Shown here one piece after another: positions 63,676 through 64,000 of a stretch of DNA of 64,000 nt (position 1 is the stretch's first letter; every line of letters begins with the position of its first letter). A program made the translations under genes and the position numbers. Under the pieces are notes generated by a model that ran no database searches, was not told the origin of the DNA, and saw nothing but the letters and a program-made list of their open reading frames with translations. This stretch comes from Marsupella aquatica (taxonomy: Eukaryota > Plantae > Marchantiophyta): positions 19,245,048-19,309,047 of the forward strand of contig OZ316891.1 in NCBI GenBank assembly GCA_973895155.1, in the 5' to 3' direction.

Positions 63676-64000
63676 TTCAGCACACGAGTCAATCTCGAGT
63701 CCTATTAAGAGCCTCGAGTACATGGCTGCCCAAGCCTGCTGTCCGGCCCTTTATATATATATTTTTAGTTTTAAAGAGCAAAATAAACCCCACTTGTGGG
63801 TGGGTTAAATGTTAAAAGGAGAACGGGCCAGAGCAGAATACCCAGGACCTCTCGGGCCCCACTGAGAGCAGCTACCACTCAGCCTGTGACCGGATCATGG
63901 CAACAAACTCTCACGTCAGGTAATTAACCAAAAAAACATTTCCTGCACATTTGGGCAGCTTACAACACTTAAAAAGAAATTAATGCAAATTAGCATTAAT

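Noticed and set aside
63720-63960. Short inverted match GCTGCCCAA / TTGGGCAGC
   Set aside because: Only 9 bp with no TSD; insufficient to call a MITE.

Overview
Eukaryotic land-plant nuclear DNA, probably a liverwort or similar early-diverging plant, judged from a cox3 NUMT that carries the start of group II intron cox3i171. Host genes: a decayed F-box gene, a 5-exon HVA22-like gene, an intronless cytosolic HSP90 with heat-shock elements, and an 8-exon sphingolipid fatty-acid 2-hydroxylase with an N-terminal cytochrome b5 domain. These lie between two near-identical, tail-to-tail CRE-like (RT plus restriction-like endonuclease) non-LTR retrotransposons. The main feature is a precisely bounded 11.5-kb hAT DNA transposon (50137-61680, short TIRs, 8-bp TSD GTGGGGAG). 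Besides its transposase it carries an intronless non-RD protein kinase, an intronless coiled-coil/RING-H2 protein, a cluster of at least five RNA-hairpin-like foldbacks between the convergent genes, and mirrored ~360-bp upstream blocks. A 340-bp MITE derivative with its own 8-bp TSD lies 440 bp downstream. All family calls come from motif recognition by eye; no database search was run.
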